DNA of 64,000 bases from Octopus bimaculoides (Eukaryota), in NCBI RefSeq assembly GCF_001194135.2, contig NC_068988.1, forward strand, positions 47,301,969-47,365,968. The letters run 5' to 3'. The notes under the pieces are model-generated. The model did not search any database. It saw only the letters and a list, made by a program, of their open reading frames with translations, and was not told where the DNA came from. Position numbers and translations under genes: made by a program. Positions 13,470 through 26,277 of the stretch are shown piece after piece; the first letter of the stretch is position 1; each line of letters begins with the position of its first letter.

Positions 13470-13774
13470 GCTGTTCACTACCAGTGAACTTAGGTAACAC
13501 CTCTTATTTTTTGAGCACCTTGTGGAGTATTCGACCGGTTCCAAGCAGTGCTGTTTTCTGCAAGTGCTCCTCCCTTATTGCAGCCACTATTTGTTCCACG
13601 TATCTCTCGAGATTTATGCTCACTGTTCCCAGGGTTGCGACGATTATTGGTATTACTGCTAACTTTTTCATCGACCACAACTGCTTAACTTCCCAAGCTA
13701 ACCTGTCATATCTCTCAACTTTTCTTTCTTCCTTATCGCATACCTTGTTGTCAGCTGTGCATGCTATATCTATG
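13470..13774 (-). mobile_element. 5'-truncated R4/Dong-clade LINE (end of the restriction-like endonuclease domain), copy 1
   Basis: Translation DIACTADNKVCDKEERKVERYDRLAWEVKQLWSMKKLAVIPIIVATLGTVS...LQKTALLGTGRILHKVL fits the R4/Dong REL C-terminus. A 3'UTR stem-loop GTTCACT/AGTGAAC lies at 13473-13489, and the 5' junction runs into (ATT)n. Confidence 0.9.
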
Positions 13775-13788
13775 ATTATTATTATTAA

Positions 13789-13830
<42 letters not shown>

Positions 13831-13870
13831 CATTATTACTATTATTATTATTATTATTATTATTATTGTT
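13775..13870. repeat. (ATT)n microsatellite
   Basis: Read directly. Confidence 0.95.
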
Positions 13871-14029
13871 CAGTAATTTTATTTTTATAATGTGCTTTCA
13901 CTTCACTACCGAGCGCAGCTCTGTGCGCCTTGGGTATGTGCTGTGGTTTGCTGTGGTGCTCTTATGTTTACTGTATTGAAAGTGTTTTGCGTAGAATGTG
14001 TGCAGTACCCAGTAGTGCAATTTTCTGTA

Positions 14030-14031
14030 TG

Positions 14032-14103
<72 letters not shown>
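14030..14103. repeat. (ATT)n microsatellite at the 3' end of Dong copy 2
   Basis: Read directly. Confidence 0.95.
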
Positions 14104-14833
14104 TAAGACGTCACACAGTCTCCAATGTCAGGATGTTGTTGGTTGAAGATATTGTGTCTGTCAAGTCACAACAAGGACCTCAGACAGACAGCATTTCATG
14201 CAATATGCGTGCAGTTCTAGGTAACTCTGATTTTTACAATACACCTAAATCGAAGGGTATTTCTAAAGTTTCCAGATATTTCTTCATGTTGGGTGGTATT
14301 GAACGCAATTCTTCCATGACAACGAGGAGAATCTTTGTGTTTCACTCTTGTGGCTGCCACATCTTTTCGACTTCAATTCTCAAGTCCCTATATTTTTTAA
14401 AAGTCTTCTCTTTTTCTTTCATGGTAATATGTCGATCTCCTGGCACTGCCACGTCGAATATTAGGCACTCTTCTTTGTCCCTCCTAAAGGTTACTTTATC
14501 CGGCCTTCGTTGCTCTAACATCTTGTCTGTTGCAGAGGATTTTTGCCTTCCATTTTTCGTCCATTACCTTTTCCTGTGTATGTTGGTTCCACGCACCCGT
14601 TACCTCGTATCTATACTTCCGGCATTGTAACCAGTGAAGGTTTTGGGCTACCTAGTGTCTTTCTACGCAAGGCTTTCTCAAGTATTAACAATGTGAGTCA
14701 CGGTTTCGAACCACTTCTCGCATATTCTGCAGAGGTTCGTTGCACTTGTATGGTATATATCCCTTTTCAGTGTGAACTAGGGTTTCAGTCTTCATTAATA
14801 AAACAGTGAGTTGGCAGAATCTTTATTTTCGGC
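14104..14833 (-). mobile_element. 5'-truncated R4/Dong-clade LINE (zinc-knuckle remnant plus REL domain), copy 2, disrupted
   Basis: Manual minus-strand translation gives ETVTHIV (knuckle remnant), LHWLQCRKY, EQRRPDKVTFRRDKEECLIFDVAVPGD...KEKEK...KYRDLRIEVEKMW and TARILHEMLSV*. (ATT)n lies on both sides. Confidence 0.9.
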
Positions 14834-16924
14834 ATTATTATTATTATATAAGTATGTACTTGCTAGCGTGGCTATTTTTGTCTGCTTATATATACTGGTC
14901 TAAACATTTTATTTTGAAAAGTATTCCCTAATCGAGGTTTACTCATTGAAGTTGTCTTATATCAGAACTTAATACATTCTTATTCAAAGACATCGTGTGT
15001 GGGGGTGTGAGCGTGCGTGTGTATATATTTGTATGTATTTGTATGTGCGTGTAAATATATTCCTATGTATGTATCTATGTCTGTGTGCGTGTGTGTTTGT
15101 GCAAAATGTTGCTGCATGTGCGTATAACAAAACATGTGCGTATGCATTTGTGATTGTTTATACTTACGTAATGATCAAAATATTCACAGACAGTATATGA
15201 AGTTGAAGATGAAGTAGTACTAGCAGTAGAAGCAGCAGCACCAGCAACAACAACAACAACTACACCGGTAGTGTCACTCCTTCTTATTACTTCTGGTGAG
15301 AAAAGTTTGGCATCAAGCCAAATGAATATCTTGTACAAGACAATTTATCTTAGAACTATTGACATTCTGCTCAGAGGTCAACTCCTTTGAAAATGGGTCT
15401 CTCTCCACATTTCTTGCCAAAAGATTGTGGACTCTAGCAAGACACTGATTTACAAAACGTTCGGTTTTCATTAGTGTGCAATTAACAAGAAGTTTGACCT
15501 TTTTCTGACGAGAGGGTTGACATTAATTTTTAGAAAAATTTCCTAAACATATATTGCATTGCATTAAGAAAATAAATATCAAACCAGATTCCAGAAGATA
15601 TTCTCAAATCATTGATTATTGCTAGTTCTCTTAGTTTTTAGGATTGGTTTTTGTCTCCGTAAGTGGTTTATAATACAGCTTGAGCATTTTTCAAAGAATT
15701 TGGACAACATGCATGCTAGATCACACGCAGTGAATTAGCTAATAGATATTCTTGAGACTCAACATCATAGATTGTAAGAGAAATAAAAATTTGAACTGAT
15801 AATTGAGTAAATTTATGAACAGCCATAACCTTTGATTAATCTTCGTGTTATTATTGTTCTAGTTATGAGATATACTTGGTCAACTCTGATTGATTAATCA
15901 AACCTCAAGTAAACTATGGAGTAAAGAAAACATTTGATTAAAGTCTCTCCAATTGTGATGTTTCAATTTCTTTGTGAAACACTGAATAATATTATAAACT
16001 TTAAAACGTAAAATATTTAGTTCCATTTGTATGTGAAGTAACGTCTTGCTGAAGCTATATTTTGTAAGCATGTCTGGTAGATCTTAAGAATATCAAAAGT
16101 AAACAACTGAGCTATGTTTGGTTGCTTACTTTGCAAGAAGTAACCCCTAAATACCCATGAAATAACATACTAATGTGTTTAAAGAGGAAACTTACAGAGA
16201 TTTGAAAAACATGTGTTTCAAACATTCATATAAATTAGAACATTGTTTATGTTGTCAAATAAATGTAGATATGACTGCGTTTAAAGAACTTTTTGGTTAT
16301 TTCGACTGAATATACGTCACTGTTTATGTTGCTTGCTTTGTTACTGTTATTTTACAATAGAATATACGTTTCACCTGCATAACGTCTACAACGTCTGACA
16401 TTAACGATGTAAAGAGACACCAGGTTATCTTTAGTAAGTATCCAAGAGTGAATTGATGCAGCAAAACACTCAATATCTAGTGTTTCCTGTAAAGTTAAAA
16501 ACGCATCATCGCTCAAGTAACTGATGAAATCAAATGACAGAATTTCCTGATTTGGAGCATAGACAAAGTCAGCTATCTGTTGTGGAAGGAATCCGACCAC
16601 TCTCAAGTGACGAAAAGGTAGACTGACTCATTGCTATAAAACAAAGAACTGTGAGCAATTGGAGAGTTCGGGTTGGTAAGCGGTTTTCTGTGAGCCTTTG
16701 ATATAGAGCGTTGAGTCTCGTGTAATAGTAATACTAGTGTGACGTGTATATACTTACTTCCTCACTGCTTCGTTATATTATATATCCAATACAAGGATAT
16801 AAAACTATAAAATGATACAAAACGCCTCCTAGGCAGTTGTTTAACTGAACTGGCTATATAGCGAGCCAAAATTCCCTATTGACCACGGTTATTATCGTAA
16901 GAAAATAGATGTCTGACCTCGGTA

Positions 16925-17040
16925 GAATAATAATAGTAATAATAATAATAATAATAATGATGATGATGATGATGATGATAATGATAATGATAATAATAAT
17001 AACAATAATATTAATAACAAGAACAATAATAATAATTACA
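16925..17040. repeat. (AAT)/(GAT) compound microsatellite
   Basis: Read directly. Confidence 0.9.
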
Positions 17041-17387
17041 ACAGTAATCTTTAAACTAGTTTTAATTTACTTGGTGTAATTAGAATAAATAGTCTGACTC
17101 TAAATAAATACGTGGTGTGAGAAGAGCAACAATATATCAATGATAAACATTATTTTACGTTTTATTCGTAAGAAGCGTAACTCCTATACTATCTTTTCTG
17201 TAGAGAACAGACTCCGGTGCATATGTGGTAGTAGTTGGAGAATATATGTGTGTGTGTGCGTGTGTGCGTGTGTGTGCGTGTGTGTGCGTGTGTGTAAAAG
17301 GTTGAAGAGGAACACACGAGTAGATATATATATGGAAAAATGACAAACTAGAAAATGCTAAAATAATTTTAGAAAAAACATTTCAGT

Positions 17388-17483
17388 ACCAGTTTCGATC
17401 CTTGAGATCTTTTCAACAGTAAATATGGATAAATTTTGTTATCAATATTTACTGTTGAAAAGATCTCAAGGATCGAAACCGGT
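17388..17483. repeat. Near-perfect 39-bp inverted repeat carrying a hammerhead-like core variant
   Basis: Arms 17388-17426 and 17445-17483 differ at one base. The right arm reads CTGTTGA-AAA-GATCT-CAA-GGATC-GAAA-CCGG-T. Confidence 0.8.
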
Positions 17484-17694
17484 NNNNNNNNNNNNNNNNN
17501 NNNNNNNNNNNNNNNNNNNNNNNNNNNNNNNNNNNTATATACACAGACATATACATATATATATATAGATATATAGATGTAAATAAAGATATATATATTT
17601 ATTATTGTTATTATTATTATTATTATTATTATTGATATTAAGCAAGAAAATGGAGAGATTTAATAGATAAAATTATTTTATTAATTGATTAACA

Positions 17695-17797
17695 TCGCCG
17701 ACAATTGTTTCAACTCACACTCTAAACAAATTGCAAAATATATGCAATAAAATATGTTTGCATTTTGAAGATTTCGTGTGGCATATTATCAGGGCGA
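17695..17797 (-). ncRNA. Decayed type I hammerhead ribozyme remnant
   Basis: TCGCC-CTGATAA...GAAACAATTGTC-GGCGA: 5-bp stem I, palindromic stem III ACAATTGT, GUC site. The core carries G8 to A. Confidence 0.6.
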
Positions 17798-17999
17798 AAG
17801 GACATTAAGGAAGTTAGATGTTGACAGGTTAACAAACTAAGTAGATGAAAGTATGTTTAGTTATTTGAGCGCACGCTTGTGCGTGTGTGTGTGTGTGCGC
17901 GGATCAATATTTTTCTTAACATATAATAAAATAAAATATATAAAAATATTTAAATATGTAATGTACACATATAAACATAAAAATAAAAATCGTCTGTTA

Positions 18000-18061
<62 letters not shown>

Positions 18062-18084
18062 ATGTATATATATACACATGCATA

Positions 18085-18490
18085 TTCTTTTATTCCTTTA
18101 CTTGCTTCAGTTATTTTGACTGCGGCCATGCTGGAATACAGCCTTTATTCGAACAAACTGACCCCAGGACTTATTCTTTGGAAGCCTAGTATTTATTCTA
18201 TCGGTTTCTTTTGGAAAAATGTTACGGGGACGAAAACAAACCAGCATCGATTTTCAAGTGATGATGGGGGAAAACACACACACACAAGCATACATACGTA
18301 CACACACACACACATACACACACACACACACATATATATATATTTATATATGCATACATACGACGGGCTTCTTTCAGTTTCCGTACCACAAATCCACTCA
18401 CAAGGTTTTGGTCGGCTTGAATCTATAGTAGAAGACTCTTACCAAAGGAACCCAGAACCACGTTGCTAGTAAGCAAGCTACTTACCATTT
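18085..18490 (-). mobile_element. Composite SINE: tail, (CA/TA)n, deleted head
   Basis: Tail 18085-18290 and head 18358-18490 are reverse complements of the 25777-26482 parts. Confidence 0.85.
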
Positions 18491-18791
18491 GAAGTATATT
18501 TCCTAAACGGCATTTTAATTTTGGTTTTAAAGTTCCCTTAAATACTTGGCTTTCCATATATGCATATGCGCGTATATCTGGTTTTATCCCTGTATGTATG
18601 TATGTATATATGTATGTATGTATATATGTATGTATACTATGTTATTGTACATATACGTGTGTATGTACTTATCTAAGCATGTGTCAGGGTATGAAAGTAT
18701 GTGCTTGGTCGTATCGAGGTTTTTTCTAGGTTGTGTATACTCCTGTATGTGTATACATACATAGGTGTCTGTGTGTGTGTATATATGTATA

Positions 18792-18825
<34 letters not shown>

Positions 18826-18846
18826 AATGCATGTATGTTTGTATAT

Positions 18847-19012
18847 ACGACGAGCTACTTTCACTTTCCACCTACCAAATCTACTCAAAAGGCTTTGGCC
18901 GGCCTGAGGCTATAATAGTAGACAGTTGCCCAAGATGCCATGCAAGTTGGACTGAACGTAGAAGTGTGTGGTTGGGAAGCAAGTGCCTTATCACACAGCC
19001 ACACCTGCGCCT
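18847..19012 (-). mobile_element. SINE head, family B
   Basis: Reverse complement of the 25777-25943 head. Confidence 0.85.
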
Positions 19013-19841
19013 ATCTTGGATGAAAATATTGATTATTGTTTTTATTTTGATATATAGACCTAAGAGTCTATACGCATTCTATTCATTATTTGATCTCAAA
19101 TTACCTTATATGCTACGATAATCTAGCAGATAGATTGTCAGTTTGTATAGAATTTGAAAGAAAAAAACCTTCCTGAAAAATAGGAAGAATCTCAATGGTG
19201 ATTATCATGATCGCCAGCAGAAAGAAAGCCAAATTTGAAAGGAAAACGGTAGTTATAAACTGCATGGCAGCAACTTTTAAACAGCTCTAATCTGAATTTG
19301 AGTCTTAAGGCACATCTGATTTGTAGTCCAAGTAATAAGAAATGCTAATATTTCCAAGGATATCCTGCTGTGATCTTTTATAAGAAAACAAAGCCGTTGC
19401 AAATGAAAAAACCACAGACACAAGAAAATTTACGGAGAACTTATATCAGAATATCATGGTTGACAGCATGAAAAGTAGATGAAAGATCAGTCAGTCAATG
19501 CAAGCACTCCTCTTCATGTTGTCAATAGCAACTGTTAAACATGTCGTAATTTTAGATCTTTCAACACCACATTGCTGCTATAATGGACATGTATGTATGC
19601 ATGATGTATGTATGTATGTATGTATGTATGTATGTACGTATGCATGTATGTATGCATGTACGCATGTATGCATTTATATGTTTGTGTATGTATGTATGCA
19701 TGCATGTACGTATGAATGTTTGTATGCATATATGTGTGTGTGTGTGTGTTTGTGCAAGTGTGTATTTATGTGGATGTGCATGTTTGTGTATGTAGCCATG
19801 TATAGACGCTGGAATATTTGTATGGTGAAGAGTATGCGAGC

Positions 19842-19932
19842 CACGTTCGGCAAATATCTTCTGCTATAGCTGCGGTCAAAGCAAAGCGTTGCGAGTGTAT
19901 TGTGTTGAAGGAAACCGAAAAGAAGCCCGTCA
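19842..19932 (+). mobile_element. SINE family B fragment
   Basis: ggcaaatatcttctgctatagc...gaaaccgaaaagaagcccgtc. Confidence 0.65.
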
Positions 19933-21144
19933 GCTATGTGTATACCCAAAAAATATATGCACATAAGTATGTATATGTGTGTGTGCTTGTGAATGTGCGT
20001 GTGTGTATTAGGTGTTTGTGCCTCGCTTACTTGACGTCGCATAATAGTTGCAAAAGAGGCCACAAGTAGTGAAATCATTCGTGTAAACGTGTAGTTACGG
20101 GGATATTACGTTGCTTAGAAACAAATAAGGGTCGTTGACAAGAAGAACATTCAACTACAAAAAATCTGCTTCAACGTATTCCGCCCGCCTCATGCAAGTT
20201 TTGAAAAGTGGACGTTAAAAGAATGAAATGACAAATTAAAAGAATGATGATATTGATATCACATTTCTCATCCGGTTGCGATATTTCGAATAACAAATGG
20301 GGTAGATAAATCATTCAACACGATGGAAGAAATATAAATAATGATTGCGAATATTTGATCAGGTCCTTTAATTGTACGTTTCAATTATTCTATTCTTCAG
20401 TCTTTCTATTCATAATCCTCTGACATTTTTCAATCTCCTTCTCTCTCCTTCGTTTCTTTCATCTCTGTCTTATTAACCTTGCTACTTTGATGTTATTCTT
20501 GGCACGCTCATTCCCACTAATTAATGCCTCTTTGAATACATTCCTCCTTACTCAGACAAACTATTACGCAATCCATCATTTATCTTTCCTATGCAAATTG
20601 GCCTTGGTGTCACAATCGACTTCAACTCCTAGTGTACATGCCTTTCTATATTTTATTTTACTTTATTCCGTGCATTTTTCTTGGCATGCCACTCTGGTTA
20701 CTTTCCGCTGCGACAATATAAACCTTTCCCACTCTTTGCATAATATTAAGCCAGGCTTATATACGTACATGTGTAAGTCTGTTAAATCGCACGAAAGTCT
20801 TGTCTAAAGGAGGAATTTGGCCTCCGTTTAAAATTGACTCATGGTGCATAGCCATTGATTATATTTCTTCCAATATGTTAAATATCTGCACTACATATTA
20901 TTGAAACGATCGTAACCAGATAACTTGATGCACGTATTTCCATATATTTACTTGTTTAATATTATGTTCTGCGATGGATGTAAATTTCCTGGATTTTCAG
21001 TTCGTGTTGTCAATTTATTTTCTCTTCTACAGGGAATTCGCATAGGTTTTACCGAAGCAAACTTCCGGATTTTACTCAACGCCTTGAACATTGCGTAGTG
21101 TAGTGTATTGTGTATTGTATGTGTGTGTCTGTGAGTGTGTGTGT

Positions 21145-21195
<51 letters not shown>

Positions 21196-21528
21196 AAGAA
21201 AGAAAGAAATAAAGAAATAAATAAAGAAAGAAAGACACATAATAGATAATGGATTATCATGTTTTCTCCATATTTTCAGTATTTACTTTTGCTTGCAATA
21301 GTCGGTCATTTTGGCCAACTATCGTATCTCTAGCAGCTTCAGATGCCAAGATATCACAAACTGTCGAAGTGTAATACAAGGGTTTGGTTATGGAATAGGG
21401 AAACTAATTTTTCGTTCTATGAAAAAGCAATGTTTTGGATTTACGATATTTTTGTATAATAGCAACAATATATATATATATATATACATACATACATATG
21501 TATAAAAGCAGACATACACACACACACT

Positions 21529-21560
<32 letters not shown>

Positions 21561-21837
21561 CATATATATACATATATATATATACACATAAATCAAAATA
21601 ATTTTGACAAATTTTTTGGTGCTTATTTCCTCACTATTACACATGTTACATTTACTGATAGGAATTAAAAAAATGTACACGTAGGATAAACTTGTTAGCA
21701 ATTTCCTTCTCGAAATTCTTGAGGCAGAAAATCAACAAATACAAATTTATATTTGGCGAAACGCTTATATACATTTAGTTACTAACCAAGAATCGTATAG
21801 ATATTTGAGAGAATACAGAGTAAATCTAGAAGTATAG

Positions 21838-21883
<46 letters not shown>

Positions 21884-22984
21884 AAGAGATAGAGAGTTAA
21901 GGATTGCAATAAAAAGTTTTACAGGTACACACTTATATTAATGTACATACACCTTCATACACACACGCAGACACACGCATAAGTACAGACACGTACAGCA
22001 TACACAGACACACCTATATACATATACACGCACATACACACATATGTGTGTGTAAGTATATGTATTTGTGTGTGTGTGTGTGTGAGTGTGTGTGTGTGCG
22101 TATGTGTGCTTGCGTGTGTATTTAATGTAAATTTAAAGTTACTTCTGGAAAGTAAAACTTAGACTTACCAATATTTTTTGCAAGGAAAGCTATAATAGCC
22201 TTAATCTAGATTTGTATTCGTTTCTCTCGTGAACTTTGCAATTGTGAGTTCCCCTAGACTAGCAGATTTCAGGTATTTTTACTCAAACCTCCTCTTGTGT
22301 TCATGTCAAATTGTGATCGTCCCTACCCATATCCTATAATGTTCTTTTTGTGACATGTGATCGCACGCATGTTACATTTTCGTTAATCTCTCGATTCTCT
22401 CGATTTTCTTCTATAATTTCATTATAAATGCAAGAATAAGAGCTACATAAACAGTGTATAGGAGGTGTCATAGTCAACTATTCGTCAACTGCTCTGAAAC
22501 AGAGTGTAGACCTATGATGAGTAGACAATGACTGAAGAATGCGACTTTATAGACCTACGTTCTTTCCCAACGTCATTGCTCAAATTATTGTTGACTGACA
22601 CTTATGAGAATTTCTACATAGCTTGTATAGATAGCCCTCACAAGCCATTTGCCTACGTACAGTTTTCGAAGTGACCGTCAAATAAGTAAACATGAGTTTT
22701 AGTCAAAGGCCTTTTCTAAGTCAAGGAACGCCAGTAATAGTAGTATACACTTAACCAAGTATTTCTCCTGCAATTACTTTTCTACAAAGGTTACAAGCAT
22801 TTGATCTGTGCTAGTCACGTACTGCATCTCATGAAGAGTTATTCTGTCATGGATGTGTATGTGTGTGTGCACGTATGGCGTATGTGTGTGTATTCATGAA
22901 AACTCAAGTCTATATTATATATATATATTTATTTATATGCACTTGTCTGAATGTGCAAAGAGAGCCAACAATGATTTGTGCAAC

Positions 22985-23200
22985 GAATTTACCATGAATG
23001 CAGGGCCACCAAAACATAGTTCTGAGCCGACTCCTATTCATCATAGCCCTATAGGCCTACAGGCTATCAGAAGGAGCTTAATACTGACTGGTTATGGGAA
23101 CTTCAATATGCTGATGATATAAATATGTTAGCTAAATCTATTGTGGAATTAAAGAAGAAATTCCTGGCACAGAAGCTAAAACTAAAATTGAGACATCGTT
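22985..23200 (+). pseudogene. RTE-clade LINE reverse transcriptase fragment
   Basis: Frameshifted translation ...VLSRLLFIIAL...WLWELQYADDINMLAKSIVELKKKF contains the YADD motif in an RTE-like context (ELLYADDL..AES..EL). Confidence 0.75.
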
Positions 23201-23859
23201 GAAAATGTAGCACTCAAACATAGGCTATTAGAAGTTTATATTTGCATTGTTATTGCTTTACTCAAACATATTTCTTAGATAAACTATGAACAAAGACACT
23301 CCAGACATGACCCTTCCATCATATTTCCATCAATACTAGACTTGGTATCAGATAATCCAACATGTCTTCACCATGGTTTAGAGAATAGGTTGTAACGTGG
23401 TAGAAATTTAACTGCAGTTTCTAGCAGAGCAACTGACCACATGAAGGTTTTCTATGTGTAGATATGTGTGCAGATGTATCTTAAATATTGACCAATCAAC
23501 TGCTGTGTTCCAACTGCTTCTCTCTATGCAACTGTACACATGATACAGAGAAGATAAAAGAAGAGTCTGCAGCATCAGTTAGCACTGATTTACATTGGCT
23601 TAAGAATGGCAACTTCAAACAAACTGCGTCTTAAAAGCTACATTCGCAGTTGCAGGTGGTTGTAGGTGGTGCAGAGGCTATTTTTATACAACATTTATGT
23701 TAGTTGTACAGCATTCTATATAGTATTGATAGATTACAGACGGCAGCGATGTGTTGAGAGGTAAAGGAAGAGGTGTTGGTGAGGATTGTTTCAAATCCCG
23801 AAGAATAAAAGGGAAATATCTTCTGAAACATGGGTGGCAGGCAGCGAGCATGCACATCG

Positions 23860-24044
23860 TCATAATCACCATCACCACTGCAGCCGCCATCATCATCGTC
23901 GTCGTCAGCATACTTATTATTACCGACAGCTTAACCTTTCACAATGTCATCATCATCATCATTATCATCATCATTATCATCATCATCCTCATCATCGTCG
24001 TCGTCGTCGTCGTCGTCGTCATCATCATCATCATGACCCTCGTA

Positions 24045-24081
<37 letters not shown>

Positions 24082-24314
24082 TCATCACCATGATCATCAC
24101 CATGATCATCATCACGATATCCTTTATTATAATCATCGCTAATATTAACGCATTCAGCTCTGCCACCATCGTTGCCATCATCATCACCACTATCACCGCC
24201 ATCATGTCATCATCATCCGCAGCATCTCACCACCATCACCATCACCACCAACACCACCAACACCAACACCACCAACACCAACACCAACACCATCACCACT
24301 ACCATCATCATCAC

Positions 24315-24359
<45 letters not shown>

Positions 24360-24360
24360 C
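23860..24360. repeat. Large compound trinucleotide array (ATC/GTC/ACC/AAC)
   Basis: Read directly; source of the poly-I/V/H ORFs. Confidence 0.95.
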
Positions 24361-24559
24361 TTCATTGTAGAAAGCATAATCAACCGCAACATCTGCCAAA
24401 TGAATAACAACAATATTTGACTTAAAACTTTCATTGTGTGTCTTCATTATGGAATGAGAAATGAAGCGAAAGAAATACAAAAGACGCTCCTTGCGTGTGC
24501 TTTAGAGGTGGGCATGTGTACATGTCTGCGTTGAGGGAAGGTGTTTTTGTGAGTATACA

Positions 24560-24597
<38 letters not shown>

Positions 24598-24729
24598 GTA
24601 TGTATGTATGTATATATATATGTGTGTGTGTGTGTGTGTATACATATATACATATATACATACACACACACGCACACACACACACGCATACATACATACA
24701 TATATATCTATATATATATATATGCTGAG

Positions 24730-25040
24730 ACACCCTTCGGTCATGACTGACCATGGGATTTCACAAAGAAAGTTACCCTCCGAGGGGCAAATCCGGGCAA
24801 GGTTGTTTATGGCAGACTAGCAGTCGCCCATGCATACCGGTCTCCCTTCTCCACGCCACCAGTTTTATCCAAGGGAAAGGTAAAAGCCGATACAGCTTGG
24901 CACCTGTGACGTCGGAACTCATTTCTGAGTGAACTGGAGCAACGTGAAATAAAGTGTCTTGCTCAAGAACACAACACGCAGCCAGGTCCGGGATTCGAAT
25001 TCACAACCTCGCGATTGTAAGCTCGATGATCTAAACACTG
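24730..25040 (-). mobile_element. tRNA-derived SINE, family D head with a distinct 3' tail
   Basis: Minus strand has a B-box (gaattcgaatccc), the tgtgttcttgagcaagacactttatttcacgttgctccag central block and a GC-rich tail. Confidence 0.85.
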
Positions 25041-25346
25041 TATATACATATATGCATAGATAAGCAGAGTTAGCGTTTGGAATAACCGTCTAAGGGATAA
25101 AAATATCCGTTCTTACTACCGGTATCTTTTACAAATGTTATCCTTGGGCATGGGTATACAAGCACATTACGCTCATAGGGTACAGGTAATAACGAGATAA
25201 GAGTTTATCATGAATCAAATTTAAAATAAGCAGAAACTGGAAAAGACTTTTCTTATACTATGTTTTGTATTAAAAAGCAATTAACCAACGTTGTCAATTT
25301 GTTTGTTGGTTGATCGAAAATTTTCTCCACTTTCTGCTTATATATT

Positions 25347-25392
<46 letters not shown>

Positions 25393-25776
25393 TGTATATA
25401 TGTATATACATATAATTCTTTATATATGTATAATTACATATTCCAACATTAAGTGTTCGAGTTCAAATTACGAATTGGCCAAGTTTGCCTTCCGTTCTTT
25501 CCGGATTATACTTGTCTGTAGTAGGCATTGGGTACTTACTTTATCGAGCACACGAAAAAAATTTCGGAAGTAAGTAAGCAAATATTTAAATATTTCGGCT
25601 AATCATACTTAGCACCAGCGCACCGGTTAATTAATAGGCGAGATCTCAAAGGAATGTTAAAGCCTTGTAGACTCTAACAAATGAAACCATATGGGTATGT
25701 GCACATATCTGTTTGTGCCTGTTTTTGTATATTGCAATGATAGGCTTCGTAAAATTTGTTAGAAATATATTATACA

Positions 25777-25943
25777 TAAGCGTAGGAGTGGGTGTGTGGT
25801 AAGTAGCTTGCTTACCAACCACATGGTTCCGGGTACAGTCCCACTGCGTGGCATCTTGGGCAAGTGTCTTCTACTATAGCCTCGGGCCGACCAAAGCCTT
25901 GTGAGTGAATTTGGTAGACGGAAACTGAAAGAAGCCTGTCGTA

Positions 25944-25999
<56 letters not shown>

Positions 26000-26239
26000 A
26001 AATGGCTGATAGTTAGCAAGGTGAGACACACATAAGCAGGAAGGAAACAAAGGACCACTGATGAGGTCACAGAAGTGTGACGAAAGAACTCTGGCCGAAA
26101 TAAGATTAAGATTAATGTAATATAAAGCTGAAGCAAATTAACACCAAATATACAGTGCGTGTGTTTTTATTGGCTAAACTGGCAATATGACCATCCCCAA
26201 GTACAACAATATATATATATATACATATATATATATGTA

Positions 26240-26277
<38 letters not shown>

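Noticed and set aside
16352-16606. 84-aa minus-strand ORF, superficially Ig-like (ETLDIECFA)
   Set aside because: Starts at TTG, lacks the conserved Ig W/C spacing, and the donor is weak.
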